From Terracidiphilus sp. (lineage in GTDB: Bacteria > Acidobacteriota > Terriglobia > Terriglobales > Acidobacteriaceae): a DNA stretch of 30,135 nt. How positions within the stretch are numbered: position 1 is the stretch's first letter; the number at the start of each line of letters is the position of its first letter. The stretch lies in NCBI GenBank assembly GCA_035529815.1, contig DATKWA010000071.1, positions 1 through 30,135 of the forward strand, in the 5' to 3' direction. Under the pieces are notes generated by a model. The model ran no database searches. It was not told where the DNA came from and worked only from the letters and a program-made list of their open reading frames with translations. Shown piece by piece: positions 8,944-18,873 of this stretch. The position numbers and the translations under genes are program-made.

Positions 8944-10479
8944 ATGCAGAGAGCAATTTCGCGACGGGCATTTTTGACCAGCGGGGCAATGGCGGCCATG
9001 TCGCTGCGGGGCGGCCTGCTGCATGCGCTTGCCTCCGCCACGCCAGTCACAGTGCGCACGCCGAATGGCGCACTGCGCGGAGAGCAATCCGACGGCGTCA
9101 ATGTATTTCGCGGCGTGCCATTTGCGGAGCCGCCCGTGGGGCCGCTCCGATTTCGTCCACCCGTGAAGGCAAAGCGGTGGACCGGCGAGCGCGATGCTAC
9201 GCGTTTTGCAGCGGCGCCTATGCAGGGCGGCCTGCCAGCCGTAGAGAAAAGTGAAGACTGCCTCTACCTGAACATCTGGGCCCCGCAGGGCAAAGGACCG
9301 TTTCCCGTTTACGTGTGGATCCACGGCGGAGGCTTCACCGGAGGCTATTCCTTCGCGCCCGTTTTCGACGGATCGGAGCTGGCGCGGGCCGGGATCATCT
9401 GCGTCACGGTCGCTTACCGGTTGGGCGTTTTCGGCTTCTTGAATGTGGAGCCGCTGCTGGGCGCGGATTTTGCCGGCAGCGCCAACAATGGATTGCGCGA
9501 CCTGATGGAAGCGCTCACCTGGGTGCGGCAGAACATTGCTGCGTTTGGCGGCGACCCGGAGCGCGTAACCGTGGGCGGTCAGTCGGCGGGGGCAAAGCTC
9601 ACCGACATACTTCTCGGAGTTCCCTCGGCGCAGCCGCTCTTCAAGCAGGCAATCTCGGAGAGCGGCGGCGCAGAGCGCGTGGCAACGCGAGAAGCCAGCG
9701 AGGCCGTGGGGCGCGGATTCGGCGCGCAGTGGCGTAGTCGCACGGGGAATGAAATGGCGAGCCTGCTCACTGCCCCGGCGGCGCTGCTGATTCAGACGCA
9801 AGGGCCGTTCATCACACAGTGGCCGCAACACTTTCCCCTTCGCGCGGAGATCGACGGAGTCCTGCTTCCAAGGCTTCCGGTGGAGACGATCGCTGCCGGT
9901 TCAAGCCTGGACAGGCGGCTGCTCATTGGAACCAACCGCGAAGAAAGCGCCTCGTTTCTGGGACCGCATCCGGAGCACGATCCCGGCGCTGCCGACCTGG
10001 GCAATGTGCCGGTAGCGCGCTTCACAGAGGTGCTGCACAAATATCGTGCCGTCTATCCGCAAATGACCGACGAGCAACTCCGCATTCGCGCGGCAACGGC
10101 AGAGGAGTACTGGGTTCCCTCGGTCCGGGTGGCCGAGGCTTTCCTGAAAGGCGGCGGCAAGGCGTGGATGTACCGGCTGGATTTTGCTGAGCGTGTGGGA
10201 TTACTGCGCGGGTTTGCGCATCACTCGCTGGACGTGCGCCTGGTGTGGGACCGGCCCATTGCCAGGGGCGAAAATGCGGAGGCCGAGGCAAGGCTGGCGC
10301 AAGAGATGGACCAGGCGTGGATGGCCTTTTTGCGCGGCCGCACACCTGCCAGCAACGGGCTGCCGGCATGGCCCGAGTACACCAGCGAAGCGCAGGCAAC
10401 CATGGCCCTCGATACAGAAAGCCATGTCGAACTGCACCCGCAGGAAGCAGAATTGCGGCTGTGGAATGGCGTGCTGTAA
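8944..10479 (+). CDS. Type-B carboxylesterase/lipase (para-nitrobenzyl-esterase-like), Tat-exported
   Basis: Twin-arginine signal SRRAFLTSG. Oxyanion HGGGFTGG, nucleophile elbow GGQSAGA, and GTNREES and FAHHS elements of the catalytic triad. Confidence 0.88.
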   Translation: MQRAISRRAFLTSGAMAAMSLRGGLLHALASATPVTVRTPNGALRGEQSDGVNVFRGVPFAEPPVGPLRFRPPVKAKRWTGERDATRFAAAPMQGGLPAVEKSEDCLYLNIWAPQGKGPFPVYVWIHGGGFTGGYSFAPVFDGSELARAGIICVTVAYRLGVFGFLNVEPLLGADFAGSANNGLRDLMEALTWVRQNIAAFGGDPERVTVGGQSAGAKLTDILLGVPSAQPLFKQAISESGGAERVATREASEAVGRGFGAQWRSRTGNEMASLLTAPAALLIQTQGPFITQWPQHFPLRAEIDGVLLPRLPVETIAAGSSLDRRLLIGTNREESASFLGPHPEHDPGAADLGNVPVARFTEVLHKYRAVYPQMTDEQLRIRAATAEEYWVPSVRVAEAFLKGGGKAWMYRLDFAERVGLLRGFAHHSLDVRLVWDRPIARGENAEAEARLAQEMDQAWMAFLRGRTPASNGLPAWPEYTSEAQATMALDTESHVELHPQEAELRLWNGVL

Positions 10480-10510
10480 GCAAGTGCGCTGCTCAGGGCC
10501 TGCGTATGCC

Positions 10511-11227
10511 TCAGGGTTGGACCAGCGCGTTGTAGCCGTCGCTCAGCAGCCTCAGGCGCCAGCGATTGGCGTCGTCGCGATTGTTGAAAGGACCGATGCG
10601 AACGTAAATGAGTTTGCCCGCAGGATCGCGGCGGGCACTCACCGCATAGCCGCGCCTGCGCAGTGCGGTCATCAGCACATCGGCGTCTTCTTCATGGGAT
10701 ACGGTGGCAATCTGAACCATGAACTGCGTACCCGCCGGATGAGCGCTCGACGCTACCGAGGGCTGAGGACTCATTGCCTCGGCAGGCAAGGCAGGGCGGA
10801 CCTGCGGCTGGGGCGCAATCTCCGGTGGTGCAGAAGGTGTCACCGCCGGACTTGCAGGCTGTTGTCCCGCGACCGGCACTACGACCGCGGTCTGTGACTG
10901 GGCACCGGCTCCAGGCAGCGCGGCATCTGCTGTCGGCGAAGCATTCTGAGCCGGCTGCGCAACTGCGGCTACTGGGGCAGCCGAGGGCTTGACTTGCGAA
11001 CCACTCACTGCCACGGGCGCCTGTTCGCCGTCATCGGGTAGTTGACCCGGGGTGACGGTGGCCTGTGCGTTGCGATGGCCTACCGTGTAGCCCAGGCCGA
11101 AACAGAGACCACAGACCAGCACCAATGCAAAGAAGAGGAGCCACAGCGTGCCTGCGCCCAACGTCAGTTCCCTGTCACGCCGGCCCATGGCCTGCTCAAG
11201 CTCTTCGTCGTCAAAAACTCCCCGCAT
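10511..11227 (-). CDS. SPOR-domain membrane protein
   Basis: N-terminal TM helix, a Pro/Ala/Gln-rich linker, and a C-terminal SPOR-like repeat (FMVQIATVSHEEDADVLMTALRRRGY...YVRIGPFNNRDDANRWR). Confidence 0.8.
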   Translation of the reverse strand: MRGVFDDEELEQAMGRRDRELTLGAGTLWLLFFALVLVCGLCFGLGYTVGHRNAQATVTPGQLPDDGEQAPVAVSGSQVKPSAAPVAAVAQPAQNASPTADAALPGAGAQSQTAVVVPVAGQQPASPAVTPSAPPEIAPQPQVRPALPAEAMSPQPSVASSAHPAGTQFMVQIATVSHEEDADVLMTALRRRGYAVSARRDPAGKLIYVRIGPFNNRDDANRWRLRLLSDGYNALVQP

Positions 11228-11242
11228 GCACCATCCTCTACC

Positions 11243-12034
11243 CTACGGCTTTTCGACAGGCGCCGTTCCCATCGATCCGAGTTTATTGAACAAGGTGAAC
11301 ATTTCCAGCGGCAGCGGAAACACGATGGTGGTGTTCTTCTCAACGCCGATGTCGGCCAGGGTCTGCAGGTAGCGTAGTTGCAAGGTCATGGGTTGCGTAG
11401 CCATCAGTGCGGCCGCGTCCACCAGCTTCTGCGCAGCGTTGAACTCGCCCTCGGCATGAATAATCTTCGAGCGTTTTTCGCGCTCTGCCTCGGCCTGCTT
11501 GGCCATGGCGCGCAACATCGTCTCGGGCAGGTCTACCTGCTTCACTTCCACTGAAATTACTTTGACGCCGAACGGTTCCGTGCGTTGGTCGATGATGGAC
11601 TGAATGCGCAGATTGAGCTTGTCGCGGTGGCTCAACACTTCGTCCAATTCCACCTCGCCCAGCACCGAGCGCAAAGTCGTCTGAGCAAACTGCGAGGTCT
11701 GGTAAACGTAGTTCTCCACCTTGATTGCGGCGTCATTTGGATTGATGACGTAGAGCGTAACCACGGCGTTCACCTTGAGCGTGACGTTGTCGCGGGTAAT
11801 CACATCCTGCGCCGGCACCTCCAGAACCTGCTGGCGCAGCGTGATGCGCACAATCTGATCCAGAGGCCGGAAGACCAGGATGATGCCCGGCCCTTTGGGC
11901 GTTCCCAGCACGCGGCCCAGCCGGAAGATCACTCCGCGCTCGTACTCGCGCAGAATCTTGATGGAGTTGACCAGATAGAGCACTACGATGGCGACAAAAA
12001 TCAGCGTTGGAACGGGCAGATCGGTAGGTGTCAT
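11243..12034 (-). CDS. SPFH/band-7 (stomatin-like, slipin) protein
   Basis: REYERGVIFRLGR...ITRDNVTLKVNAVV...AEGE is a typical prokaryotic stomatin. ATG at 12034 is preceded by GAGGGAAG. The listed ORF extends to 12088. Confidence 0.88.
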   Translation of the reverse strand: MTPTDLPVPTLIFVAIVVLYLVNSIKILREYERGVIFRLGRVLGTPKGPGIILVFRPLDQIVRITLRQQVLEVPAQDVITRDNVTLKVNAVVTLYVINPNDAAIKVENYVYQTSQFAQTTLRSVLGEVELDEVLSHRDKLNLRIQSIIDQRTEPFGVKVISVEVKQVDLPETMLRAMAKQAEAEREKRSKIIHAEGEFNAAQKLVDAAALMATQPMTLQLRYLQTLADIGVEKNTTIVFPLPLEMFTLFNKLGSMGTAPVEKP

Positions 12035-12089
12035 TTGACTTCCCTCACTCAGGACGGATTGTACTCCGTTGCTCTTCTTCAAGCACAAA

Positions 12090-13436
12090 CTACGCGGCGG
12101 ACTCCGGCATCCTTGCAGCCGAATCCGGGACTACGTGAAGCAACATCTGCTCCTGGCTCGCAACGCGGAGGCTGGCGCCCTTGGGCAGCGGTTCGTCAGC
12201 GATAGCGAGCCATATTTCACCCTCCACCAACACGTGTCCCTCGGGAACGAGCGGCTCCATGGCGATCGCCTTGCAGCCCACCATGGCTTCGGCGCCAATC
12301 AGCGCCTTGCGGCGGCGCGCGCGCACGGCAAGGCGGACCAGAAAGACGGTGATACCGCCGAAGCCGGCGCTGACGGCGAAGGCGACCCAGGGCGTCACGC
12401 CCATCTCCGGTACAGGCGCGGCAACCAGAGTAAGGGTTCCAAATGTCAGGCAGACAATGCCGGCAATGGCCAGCACGCCGTGGGCGCCAAACTTGGCTTC
12501 AAGCAACAGCAGAACAAGCGCCGCCACCAGCAGCATTACGGCCGTATAGCGGATCGGCAGCAGATTCAGGCCAAATATCGCCAGAAGCACCATCAGCGTA
12601 CCCAGCGAGCCGGGAACGATGGTTCCAGGCGCGTTGAATTCGAGATAGATGAGCAGCGCGCCGCCGACCAGGAACAGCAGCGCGATGTTGGGGTCCACCA
12701 GCCAGCTTAGTAGTTCGGCCCGCAGCGAAGGGCGCAACAAATCGATCCGCGCGCCAGCCAGATGCAGCGTGAGTTTGCTACCGTCCATGCGCGTAATTTC
12801 GCGGCCATTGAGCGCGTCCAGCAGTTCCGCGTCGTTGTTCGCAATCAGGTCGATCAGGTGCTGGTTCAGCGCCTCCTCGGCGGTGTAAGAGTGCGAGGAC
12901 TGAACCGCGGCCGCCGCCGCTTCGGCGTTGCGGCCGCGCCGGGTCACGTAGGAACGCAGAAAGGCCTCGGCGTCGTTCTCCACCTTCTGCATCTCGGTCG
13001 CGCCGGGCTGGCCGCCAAACTCGAACACCGGATGAGCCGCTCCAGCATTGGTTCCGGGAGCCATTGCCGCCACATCCCCCGCTTCAAGCAGAAAGAAGCC
13101 CGCTGAACCGGCGCGCGCTCCAGCCGGAGACACATAGACAATGACAGGAACCCGCGAGCCGAGGATAGCGCCCGCCATGCCTCGCATCGAATCAATCAGG
13201 CCCCCGGGGGTGTCCAACTCCACCAGCAGCGCCTGAGCGCCGTCGCTGTTGGCGCGGTCAATGGCATGGATCAGTTCTCCCTCGCTGACGGGCTGAATGG
13301 TGTCTTTGAGAACGAATTTATCGACAAGCGGCTGCGCTGAACGGGGCTGAGCCTGCTGTGCAAAGGCTGCGGCGCCCAGTCCCAAAGCGGCAATCGAACC
13401 AACCAGTGCGGCAATCCTCTGCATTCGCTGAAGCAT
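12090..13436 (-). CDS. NfeD-family membrane-bound ClpP-class serine protease
   Basis: Signal peptide, ClpP-like domain (GSAGFFLLEAGDVAAMAPGTNAGAAHP), multiple TM helices and a C-terminal OB-like NfeD domain. Forms the classic pair with the downstream SPFH gene. Confidence 0.88.
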   Translation of the reverse strand: MLQRMQRIAALVGSIAALGLGAAAFAQQAQPRSAQPLVDKFVLKDTIQPVSEGELIHAIDRANSDGAQALLVELDTPGGLIDSMRGMAGAILGSRVPVIVYVSPAGARAGSAGFFLLEAGDVAAMAPGTNAGAAHPVFEFGGQPGATEMQKVENDAEAFLRSYVTRRGRNAEAAAAAVQSSHSYTAEEALNQHLIDLIANNDAELLDALNGREITRMDGSKLTLHLAGARIDLLRPSLRAELLSWLVDPNIALLFLVGGALLIYLEFNAPGTIVPGSLGTLMVLLAIFGLNLLPIRYTAVMLLVAALVLLLLEAKFGAHGVLAIAGIVCLTFGTLTLVAAPVPEMGVTPWVAFAVSAGFGGITVFLVRLAVRARRRKALIGAEAMVGCKAIAMEPLVPEGHVLVEGEIWLAIADEPLPKGASLRVASQEQMLLHVVPDSAARMPESAA

Positions 13437-13524
13437 GGCGTGTTCCTCTTGAGCCTGCTCTCCACTATAGGACGATCCGCCGAAGAATGCGTTGCGCTGT
13501 GCGCTCCGGCGCCCGATCCCGCTC

Positions 13525-15222
13525 TCAATGCCCTGTTCTGGCCTGAATCTTCCGCGACAGATCCTGGGCCGCCGGATTTGTCGGTTCCAGCTTCAGAGCC
13601 GCGGCAGCTTCATTACTGGCGTCGCTCAGGCGGTTGGCGGCAAGATCCAGCCGGCTCAGCACCAGATACGCATCAGCGGAAGGCTTCAATTCCAGGGCCT
13701 GATGGGCCTCCATGCGGGCGGCGTCAGACGCACCGCTGCGTTCGCGCACCTGGGCCAGCCCGGCATGGGCTTCAGCGCAGTTGGCGTCGGCCGCCACAGC
13801 CGATTGATACAGCCGTTCGGCTTCCAGCAGCAAGCCGCGATCGAGAAAGCCCTTGGCCTGGGCCGACAGCTTCTGCGCGCGCTCCAGCGGCGAAAGAGCG
13901 CTCAGCCGCGCTGCGTCCACCTGGTCCAGCATCTGCGCCGCCTGGCGAAAGGCGGCTGCATCGAAGGTCCGCACAATGCGCTCCAGCGGATCGGGAGTTG
14001 CGTCGGCATCGGGGATCGCATTGCCTGCCACAGCCGTCGGAGCGGCAAGCGCAGCGACCGGCTTGACGGCCGGCTGCTTCCAGGCCGCCTGCAACGCAAG
14101 CGCCTCTTTGTCGCTGGGCCGCAGCCGCAGGCACTGGGCCAGCTCATTCATGGCGCCCGCCGCCTGGCCGTGACGCTTCAGGCTCACGGCCAGGTTGAAG
14201 TGGTAGTCAGCGGCGTTGGGGTCGTCGGCCTCGGCCTGCATAAACAGCTCGGTGCCGTCGTGTCCCTGGCGGCTCACGGCGACCCCTTCGTTGTTGACAA
14301 CCTCTGCCAGGGGAAGAATGCGCGCAACGCCGGCAAATGCCTTTTCCGCATTCGCATAGTCGCCAGAGAACAGCAGCGACAAGCCGCGGTAGTAGCCGGC
14401 CTCCAGCCCGTCCAGATCGTTCACGTCCACTTTTGCAAAGGCCTCGGCGGCCTTCTCGTACTGCTGGCCGTTGTAGTACTCGCGGCCCAGCGCCATCCAG
14501 GCGCGACCGAAATCCGGACTCAGCTTCACGGCCTCTTCCAAGTGGCGCAGGCGCTCGGCCTGGTCCGGCTCGGTGATCCCGCGAATGTACTGCTCAAAGG
14601 CCGAAAGCCGCAGGCCCTTGCCCGCCGCGATAAATGTCTGCTCGGCAACGCCAATGCCGGGGTCCAGCTGCCGCGTCAGCTTCCAGGCCAGCGAATCGAA
14701 CACTTCAATCATGTTGCGCATATCGCCCCGCGCGGTCACCGTTGCGCTCATGCGAAGATGGGGAACGTCCACCAGCTCCGCCTCAGCCAGAAGTTCGTTT
14801 CCTTCGGTGCTGAAACTGCCAACGACAATCGAATCCGCGTCCAGCGTCTGCGCCAGCTTGATTGAACTGGCGCGGGAGGGCTGAAAACCCTCCGGCAGGC
14901 CCAGGTGGTCCAGCGCATACATACGATCGGCCCGCCGCATGGGGTCGAAACCGACCGAGCGAAAGCGGCTGCTCAGCAGCTCCGCCGCGGCTTCCCGTAT
15001 CCACTCCAGGCTGGGCTGGCCGGTGCGGTTGTCAAAGGGAAGCACCAGTAGAATGCGTCCGCGGTCGGCTGCAGCCGGCGTAACCGCGCCCTCGGAAGCC
15101 GACTGGCCGTGCGCACAAACTACAGTGAAGAAAACAATTGCGAGCGCAAGCCCAGCACGGACGCCGAGGCGCCGCGTACGCTTCAAACTGGATAGAAAGC
15201 GGGATGAACAGAAAATAAGCAC
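13525..15222 (-). CDS. Secreted/periplasmic tetratricopeptide-repeat protein
   Basis: 565 aa. Repeated TPR-like A..Y..G........A...F..A..L.P units through the C-terminal two thirds. GTG start at 15222. TTG at 15186 would give a cleaner signal peptide (KRTRRLGVRAGLALAIVFF). Confidence 0.8.
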   Translation of the reverse strand: MLIFCSSRFLSSLKRTRRLGVRAGLALAIVFFTVVCAHGQSASEGAVTPAAADRGRILLVLPFDNRTGQPSLEWIREAAAELLSSRFRSVGFDPMRRADRMYALDHLGLPEGFQPSRASSIKLAQTLDADSIVVGSFSTEGNELLAEAELVDVPHLRMSATVTARGDMRNMIEVFDSLAWKLTRQLDPGIGVAEQTFIAAGKGLRLSAFEQYIRGITEPDQAERLRHLEEAVKLSPDFGRAWMALGREYYNGQQYEKAAEAFAKVDVNDLDGLEAGYYRGLSLLFSGDYANAEKAFAGVARILPLAEVVNNEGVAVSRQGHDGTELFMQAEADDPNAADYHFNLAVSLKRHGQAAGAMNELAQCLRLRPSDKEALALQAAWKQPAVKPVAALAAPTAVAGNAIPDADATPDPLERIVRTFDAAAFRQAAQMLDQVDAARLSALSPLERAQKLSAQAKGFLDRGLLLEAERLYQSAVAADANCAEAHAGLAQVRERSGASDAARMEAHQALELKPSADAYLVLSRLDLAANRLSDASNEAAAALKLEPTNPAAQDLSRKIQARTGH

Positions 15223-15280
15223 GACAGCCTGATTATAGGCGTTGCTCCCCTGGCCGAGCTTCGACCCGGCCTGAGGCGCT

Positions 15281-16912
15281 TCAACGGCCAGCAGCGTGTA
15301 AAGCCACCAGCCGCGCCTCCACCTGGCGGTCGAAACGGATCAGCGCAATCCACATGCCGTCGTCGCCGCGGTGCCACACCATCGTTCCGCCCAACTCCTG
15401 CGCAATCAATTCCGGCGGCATATCGTAGTGCGATCCGAAAAACTTCTCCTCCAGGGCGTCGCTCCATGCGCCCAGGCGCAACGGCGAGGGCGGATTGTAT
15501 TTGGTCGAGAAAACCAGAGCCGCGGAATATTTTTCCGGCTCCGCGGCGGCAATGGCGATCTGGGCTGGCGTAAAGTCCTCGATCTTGACCACGTCCCAGG
15601 GCGCCTTCACGTAGCCGAGTTCGGGCCGCGTCAACTCGTCGCTCACCGGCCATGCGGTCAGTACCGTCGCGCCCGGATAGCGGCGTTCGAGCTCGGCAAT
15701 GCCGGCCATCTGCATGCGCACTTCATGCGCGTAGGCCAGGTTATCTTCCGGGGCAAAGCCGTAGGGCGGATTGACGAACAGCGCCACCAGAAATGCCGCT
15801 GCGGAGAACATGGCAACTGCGTGCCAGTAAGGAACCCTGCGATAGAACGTAGTGACGGCTATCAGCAGCACCAGCGGATACATGGGCAGCAGATAGCGCG
15901 TCAGCAGCGCGCCGCCCAACACGCTGAACAGCACCGCGTTCACCAGAATCAGCAGAATGATGCGGCGCTGGGCAAGCAGGCCAATGGATTCGCGAGGCTG
16001 GCCCTGGGCATCGAACTGTGGCACCAGCAGCAGTGCGGCCAGGGCAATCATCACCGGCACAAACAGATTCATGTGCATCGTCAAATGAAGAATGCGATGG
16101 CCAAAAGCAGCCAGAAAGCGCACCGGCGAGAGATTGGCCTCGGCGTTGTAACGCAAAAACTCCGGATTGCCGAATAAGAATCCCGTTTTCGCGTAGTGCC
16201 ACGCATACCAGCCCGCCAGCGGCAGCACGCAAGCCGTGAGCCAGGCCGTCTCGCGCAGGAATCGCCGCCTGGCCGCTGAATGAGCGCGCAATGCCTCAAC
16301 CAGACTGGAAACTGCCAGCGTAAGGGGAATAATGATTGCCGTCTCTTTGCAGAGCGCGGCCAGGGAAAACCAAAGCATGGCCCACGGCTTGCGGTCGCGC
16401 TCTGGCAGGGAGTACACCAAGCCCCACAGCGTGCAGGCCGCTGCAAAAATATCCGCATGGGCCAGCGAACTCTGCGCAAACCAGATCGGGTAAAGCCCGG
16501 TCAGCAACACGGTCCAGAAGGCGACCGCCGGCACGTCCACCAGACGCATCGCCAGCCGCCACACTGCGAGCAACCCCAGCGCGGCCACCATCAGCACCGC
16601 TTCCCGCGTCACCTCCGGCGAGAAGCCCGAAGCCTTCCACCACAGCGCCAGATAGATGCTCGGCAGCGGCGGGTGCGCGTTGGTCAGCGTGGTCAGGGGA
16701 ATCAGCGAACCGGTGCGGAAAAAGTCCCAGGCGGCGGGAATGTAGTAGCCCGCCTCGTCCCAGTAGTAAGGCAGACTCAGCAGCGTGTAGTGGCTGGCAT
16801 AAAGCGCTGCGAAGATGACCGGATAGATCATCCAGAGCGGCAGCGGCGCGTCCAGCCGTGGCTCGATAAATCTCTTCAAACGCAAAGTTCGCTCCCCTGT
16901 CCGTTCCCGCAC
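15281..16912 (-). CDS. Polytopic membrane protein, GT-C fold (ArnT/PMT-like glycosyltransferase), function inferred
   Basis: 543 aa with about 12 hydrophobic helices. First-loop acidic motif YYWDEAGYY is typical of GT-C enzymes. GTG start. Confidence 0.78.
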   Translation of the reverse strand: MRERTGERTLRLKRFIEPRLDAPLPLWMIYPVIFAALYASHYTLLSLPYYWDEAGYYIPAAWDFFRTGSLIPLTTLTNAHPPLPSIYLALWWKASGFSPEVTREAVLMVAALGLLAVWRLAMRLVDVPAVAFWTVLLTGLYPIWFAQSSLAHADIFAAACTLWGLVYSLPERDRKPWAMLWFSLAALCKETAIIIPLTLAVSSLVEALRAHSAARRRFLRETAWLTACVLPLAGWYAWHYAKTGFLFGNPEFLRYNAEANLSPVRFLAAFGHRILHLTMHMNLFVPVMIALAALLLVPQFDAQGQPRESIGLLAQRRIILLILVNAVLFSVLGGALLTRYLLPMYPLVLLIAVTTFYRRVPYWHAVAMFSAAAFLVALFVNPPYGFAPEDNLAYAHEVRMQMAGIAELERRYPGATVLTAWPVSDELTRPELGYVKAPWDVVKIEDFTPAQIAIAAAEPEKYSAALVFSTKYNPPSPLRLGAWSDALEEKFFGSHYDMPPELIAQELGGTMVWHRGDDGMWIALIRFDRQVEARLVALHAAGR

Positions 16913-16925
16913 ACCTGCCCAGGCC

Positions 16926-17231
16926 CTAGTTCACCGGTCCCTGCGGAAAATTGTGGCTCTGCGGCTCCAGGTTCAGCGTGCCAAAGGCTTGCTCATACTG
17001 CGCCAGATTCTGCCCCAGCACGTTCCACAGAGCCTTGGCCTGCTGCGGACTCAGAAAGATAGCCTGGTTGTTGCGGATCGTCACCTGCTCCGGCGTTTCG
17101 CTGGAGGCCAGGCCGAAAACAAGCTGGAAATCCCAAACACTCACGCGCACCTGCACGCTGTTGGCATAGGACTCGCGGTAGTCGGGGGTCTGGACAAGAT
17201 TCATCTCGGGTTGCTGCGCGGTTGGGTTCAT
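16926..17231 (-). CDS. DUF3467-family small protein
   Basis: 101 aa. The YANSVQVRVSVWDFQLVFG core matches my recollection of DUF3467. ATG start, tightly packed in the - strand operon. Confidence 0.7.
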   Translation of the reverse strand: MNPTAQQPEMNLVQTPDYRESYANSVQVRVSVWDFQLVFGLASSETPEQVTIRNNQAIFLSPQQAKALWNVLGQNLAQYEQAFGTLNLEPQSHNFPQGPVN

Positions 17232-17281
17232 GGTGCTTCCAGATTACGATGCGAGACCACGAACTGCGAACACGCACTGAC

Positions 17282-17968
17282 TTAAAAATCCCCAGCCAGC
17301 GGGCACCCCCCGCACCGCGCCGTCCGCCCGCAATGCGCCTTGCCCACCGCCACCGTCAGCGCATGGAATTCGTTGAACAGCCCAGCCTGCTCCTCCGCAC
17401 CCTCGCCCGCAAACGCCTCTCGCGTCAGCCCAGCCAGCGCGGTGTAGCTCTTCGCCCCCTTCGGCAACGAAACCAGCCCATGCCGCTCGGCAATGCGGCG
17501 CAGATACTCGTCCGCCACCGGAACCGAATGGCCCAGCGCATACAGCAGAATCGCGTCCGCCGTCTCCGGCCCCACGCCCGGCAAATCCAGCAGCCGCTCG
17601 CGCAGCGCCGCGGTCGGCGTCGCCGCCAGCTCTTCGAGCGATCCGGAAAACTCCGCGTCTAGCATCTCCACAAACGCCTTCAGCGCCAGCGCCTTGCGCA
17701 TATAAAACCCCGAAGGTTGAATGCATATCCGCAATTTGTCGAGCGGCAATACCCGCACACCCTCTACGGTCAGCGCTCCCGCCGCGCGCAAATTCTCGAG
17801 CGAGCGCTCCACTGCCTTCCAGGCCGTGTTCTGCGTCAAGTACGCGCCAAGAACGACCTCAAACGGCGTCCGCGCTGGCCACCAATGCTGCGGCCCGTAG
17901 GCCTCGGCAAGCTGATCGTGCATCCAGCGCAGCCGTTCGGCACGGCCTCGCTTGCGGCCAGCGTTCAC
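17282..17968 (-). CDS. Endonuclease III-related HhH-GPD base-excision repair protein
   Basis: HhH-GPD motif LLDLPGVGPETADAILLYAL....VADEY and a C-terminal Cys cluster HCGRTARCGGCP. GTG start overlaps the upstream stop by 4 nt. Confidence 0.82.
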   Translation of the reverse strand: MNAGRKRGRAERLRWMHDQLAEAYGPQHWWPARTPFEVVLGAYLTQNTAWKAVERSLENLRAAGALTVEGVRVLPLDKLRICIQPSGFYMRKALALKAFVEMLDAEFSGSLEELAATPTAALRERLLDLPGVGPETADAILLYALGHSVPVADEYLRRIAERHGLVSLPKGAKSYTALAGLTREAFAGEGAEEQAGLFNEFHALTVAVGKAHCGRTARCGGCPLAGDF

Positions 17969-18387
17969 GGCAGCTCATCCCGCGAGAACGAAGATCGTTC
18001 CGACAAAATCTCGTCCGACGCAGCTTCTTCAGGCGGAGACAACAACTGAAGCTTCCACTCCAGCACCCGCGCCCGCGCCGCCGCAGCCTCCGCTTCCGGC
18101 ACATGTCCCGCAGCCTGCAAACTGATCGAGAGCGCCGTATGAGCCAGCGGGTCTGCCGGCGTCAAGGCCGTAAGCGCCAGCGCCGCGCCCACCGATTGCT
18201 CAAGCTGCCCGCCATCGCGCAGCGCCCGAACCAGCCCGTGGTGCGCTTCCATACATGCCTCATCGACCGCAAACGCAGCGCGAAAGGCCTCCGCCGCCTC
18301 AGCCGCCGAACCGGCAGCAAGCAGATCCATCCCACGCTGGCACAGTTCGTCGGCAGTCTTGATGTTGGTTGCACTCACGGCTTTCAT
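17965..18387 (-). CDS. Small TPR-like helical-repeat protein
   Basis: Ala-rich helical repeats (AAEAFRAAFAVDEACMEAHHGLVRAL). ATG at 18387 was chosen because the longer ORF (to 18456) would run into the divergent yjbQ start. Confidence 0.6.
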   Translation of the reverse strand: MKAVSATNIKTADELCQRGMDLLAAGSAAEAAEAFRAAFAVDEACMEAHHGLVRALRDGGQLEQSVGAALALTALTPADPLAHTALSISLQAAGHVPEAEAAAARARVLEWKLQLLSPPEEAASDEILSERSSFSRDELP

Positions 18388-18444
18388 TAGGATAATGCTT
18401 GAGCGGCTTCTCTGCCGCCATGCGAACAACGCCCGGAGATCGAG

Positions 18445-18861
18445 ATGAAAAGCCACACCGAGTATCTAGCCTTTGAAACCAAACAGCGCCGCGAGATGGT
18501 GCACATCACCGACGAGGTGGAGCAAATCGTCAAGCGCAGCGGCGTCCGCGACGGCCTGTGCTTTGTTTCGCCCATGCACATCACCGCAGCCATCTACGTC
18601 AACGACCTTGAAGACGGCCTGATCGAGGACATCGCCAAGTGGCTCGAGGAACTGGCCCCTGCCCGCCCCAACTACAAGCACCACCGCACCGGCGAGGACA
18701 ATGCCGACGCTCACCTGAAGGCCCTGCTGTTGCACCACGAAACCACGCTGCCGGTAACCAACGGCAAGCTCGACCTGGGCACATGGCAGCGCGTCTTCTA
18801 CGCCGAGTTCGACGGCCAGCGCCGCAAACGGGTCATCGTGAAGGTGCTTGGCGTGGAATAA
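18445..18861 (+). CDS. yjbQ: YjbQ/UPF0047 family (secondary thiamine-phosphate synthase) protein
   Basis: 138 aa. [15 protein letters not shown]....DNADAHLKA......[13 protein letters not shown] is the family signature. GGAG RBS. Confidence 0.85.
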   Translation: MKSHTEYLAFETKQRREMVHITDEVEQIVKRSGVRDGLCFVSPMHITAAIYVNDLEDGLIEDIAKWLEELAPARPNYKHHRTGEDNADAHLKALLLHHETTLPVTNGKLDLGTWQRVFYAEFDGQRRKRVIVKVLGVE

Positions 18862-18873
18862 GCGGCAACAAAC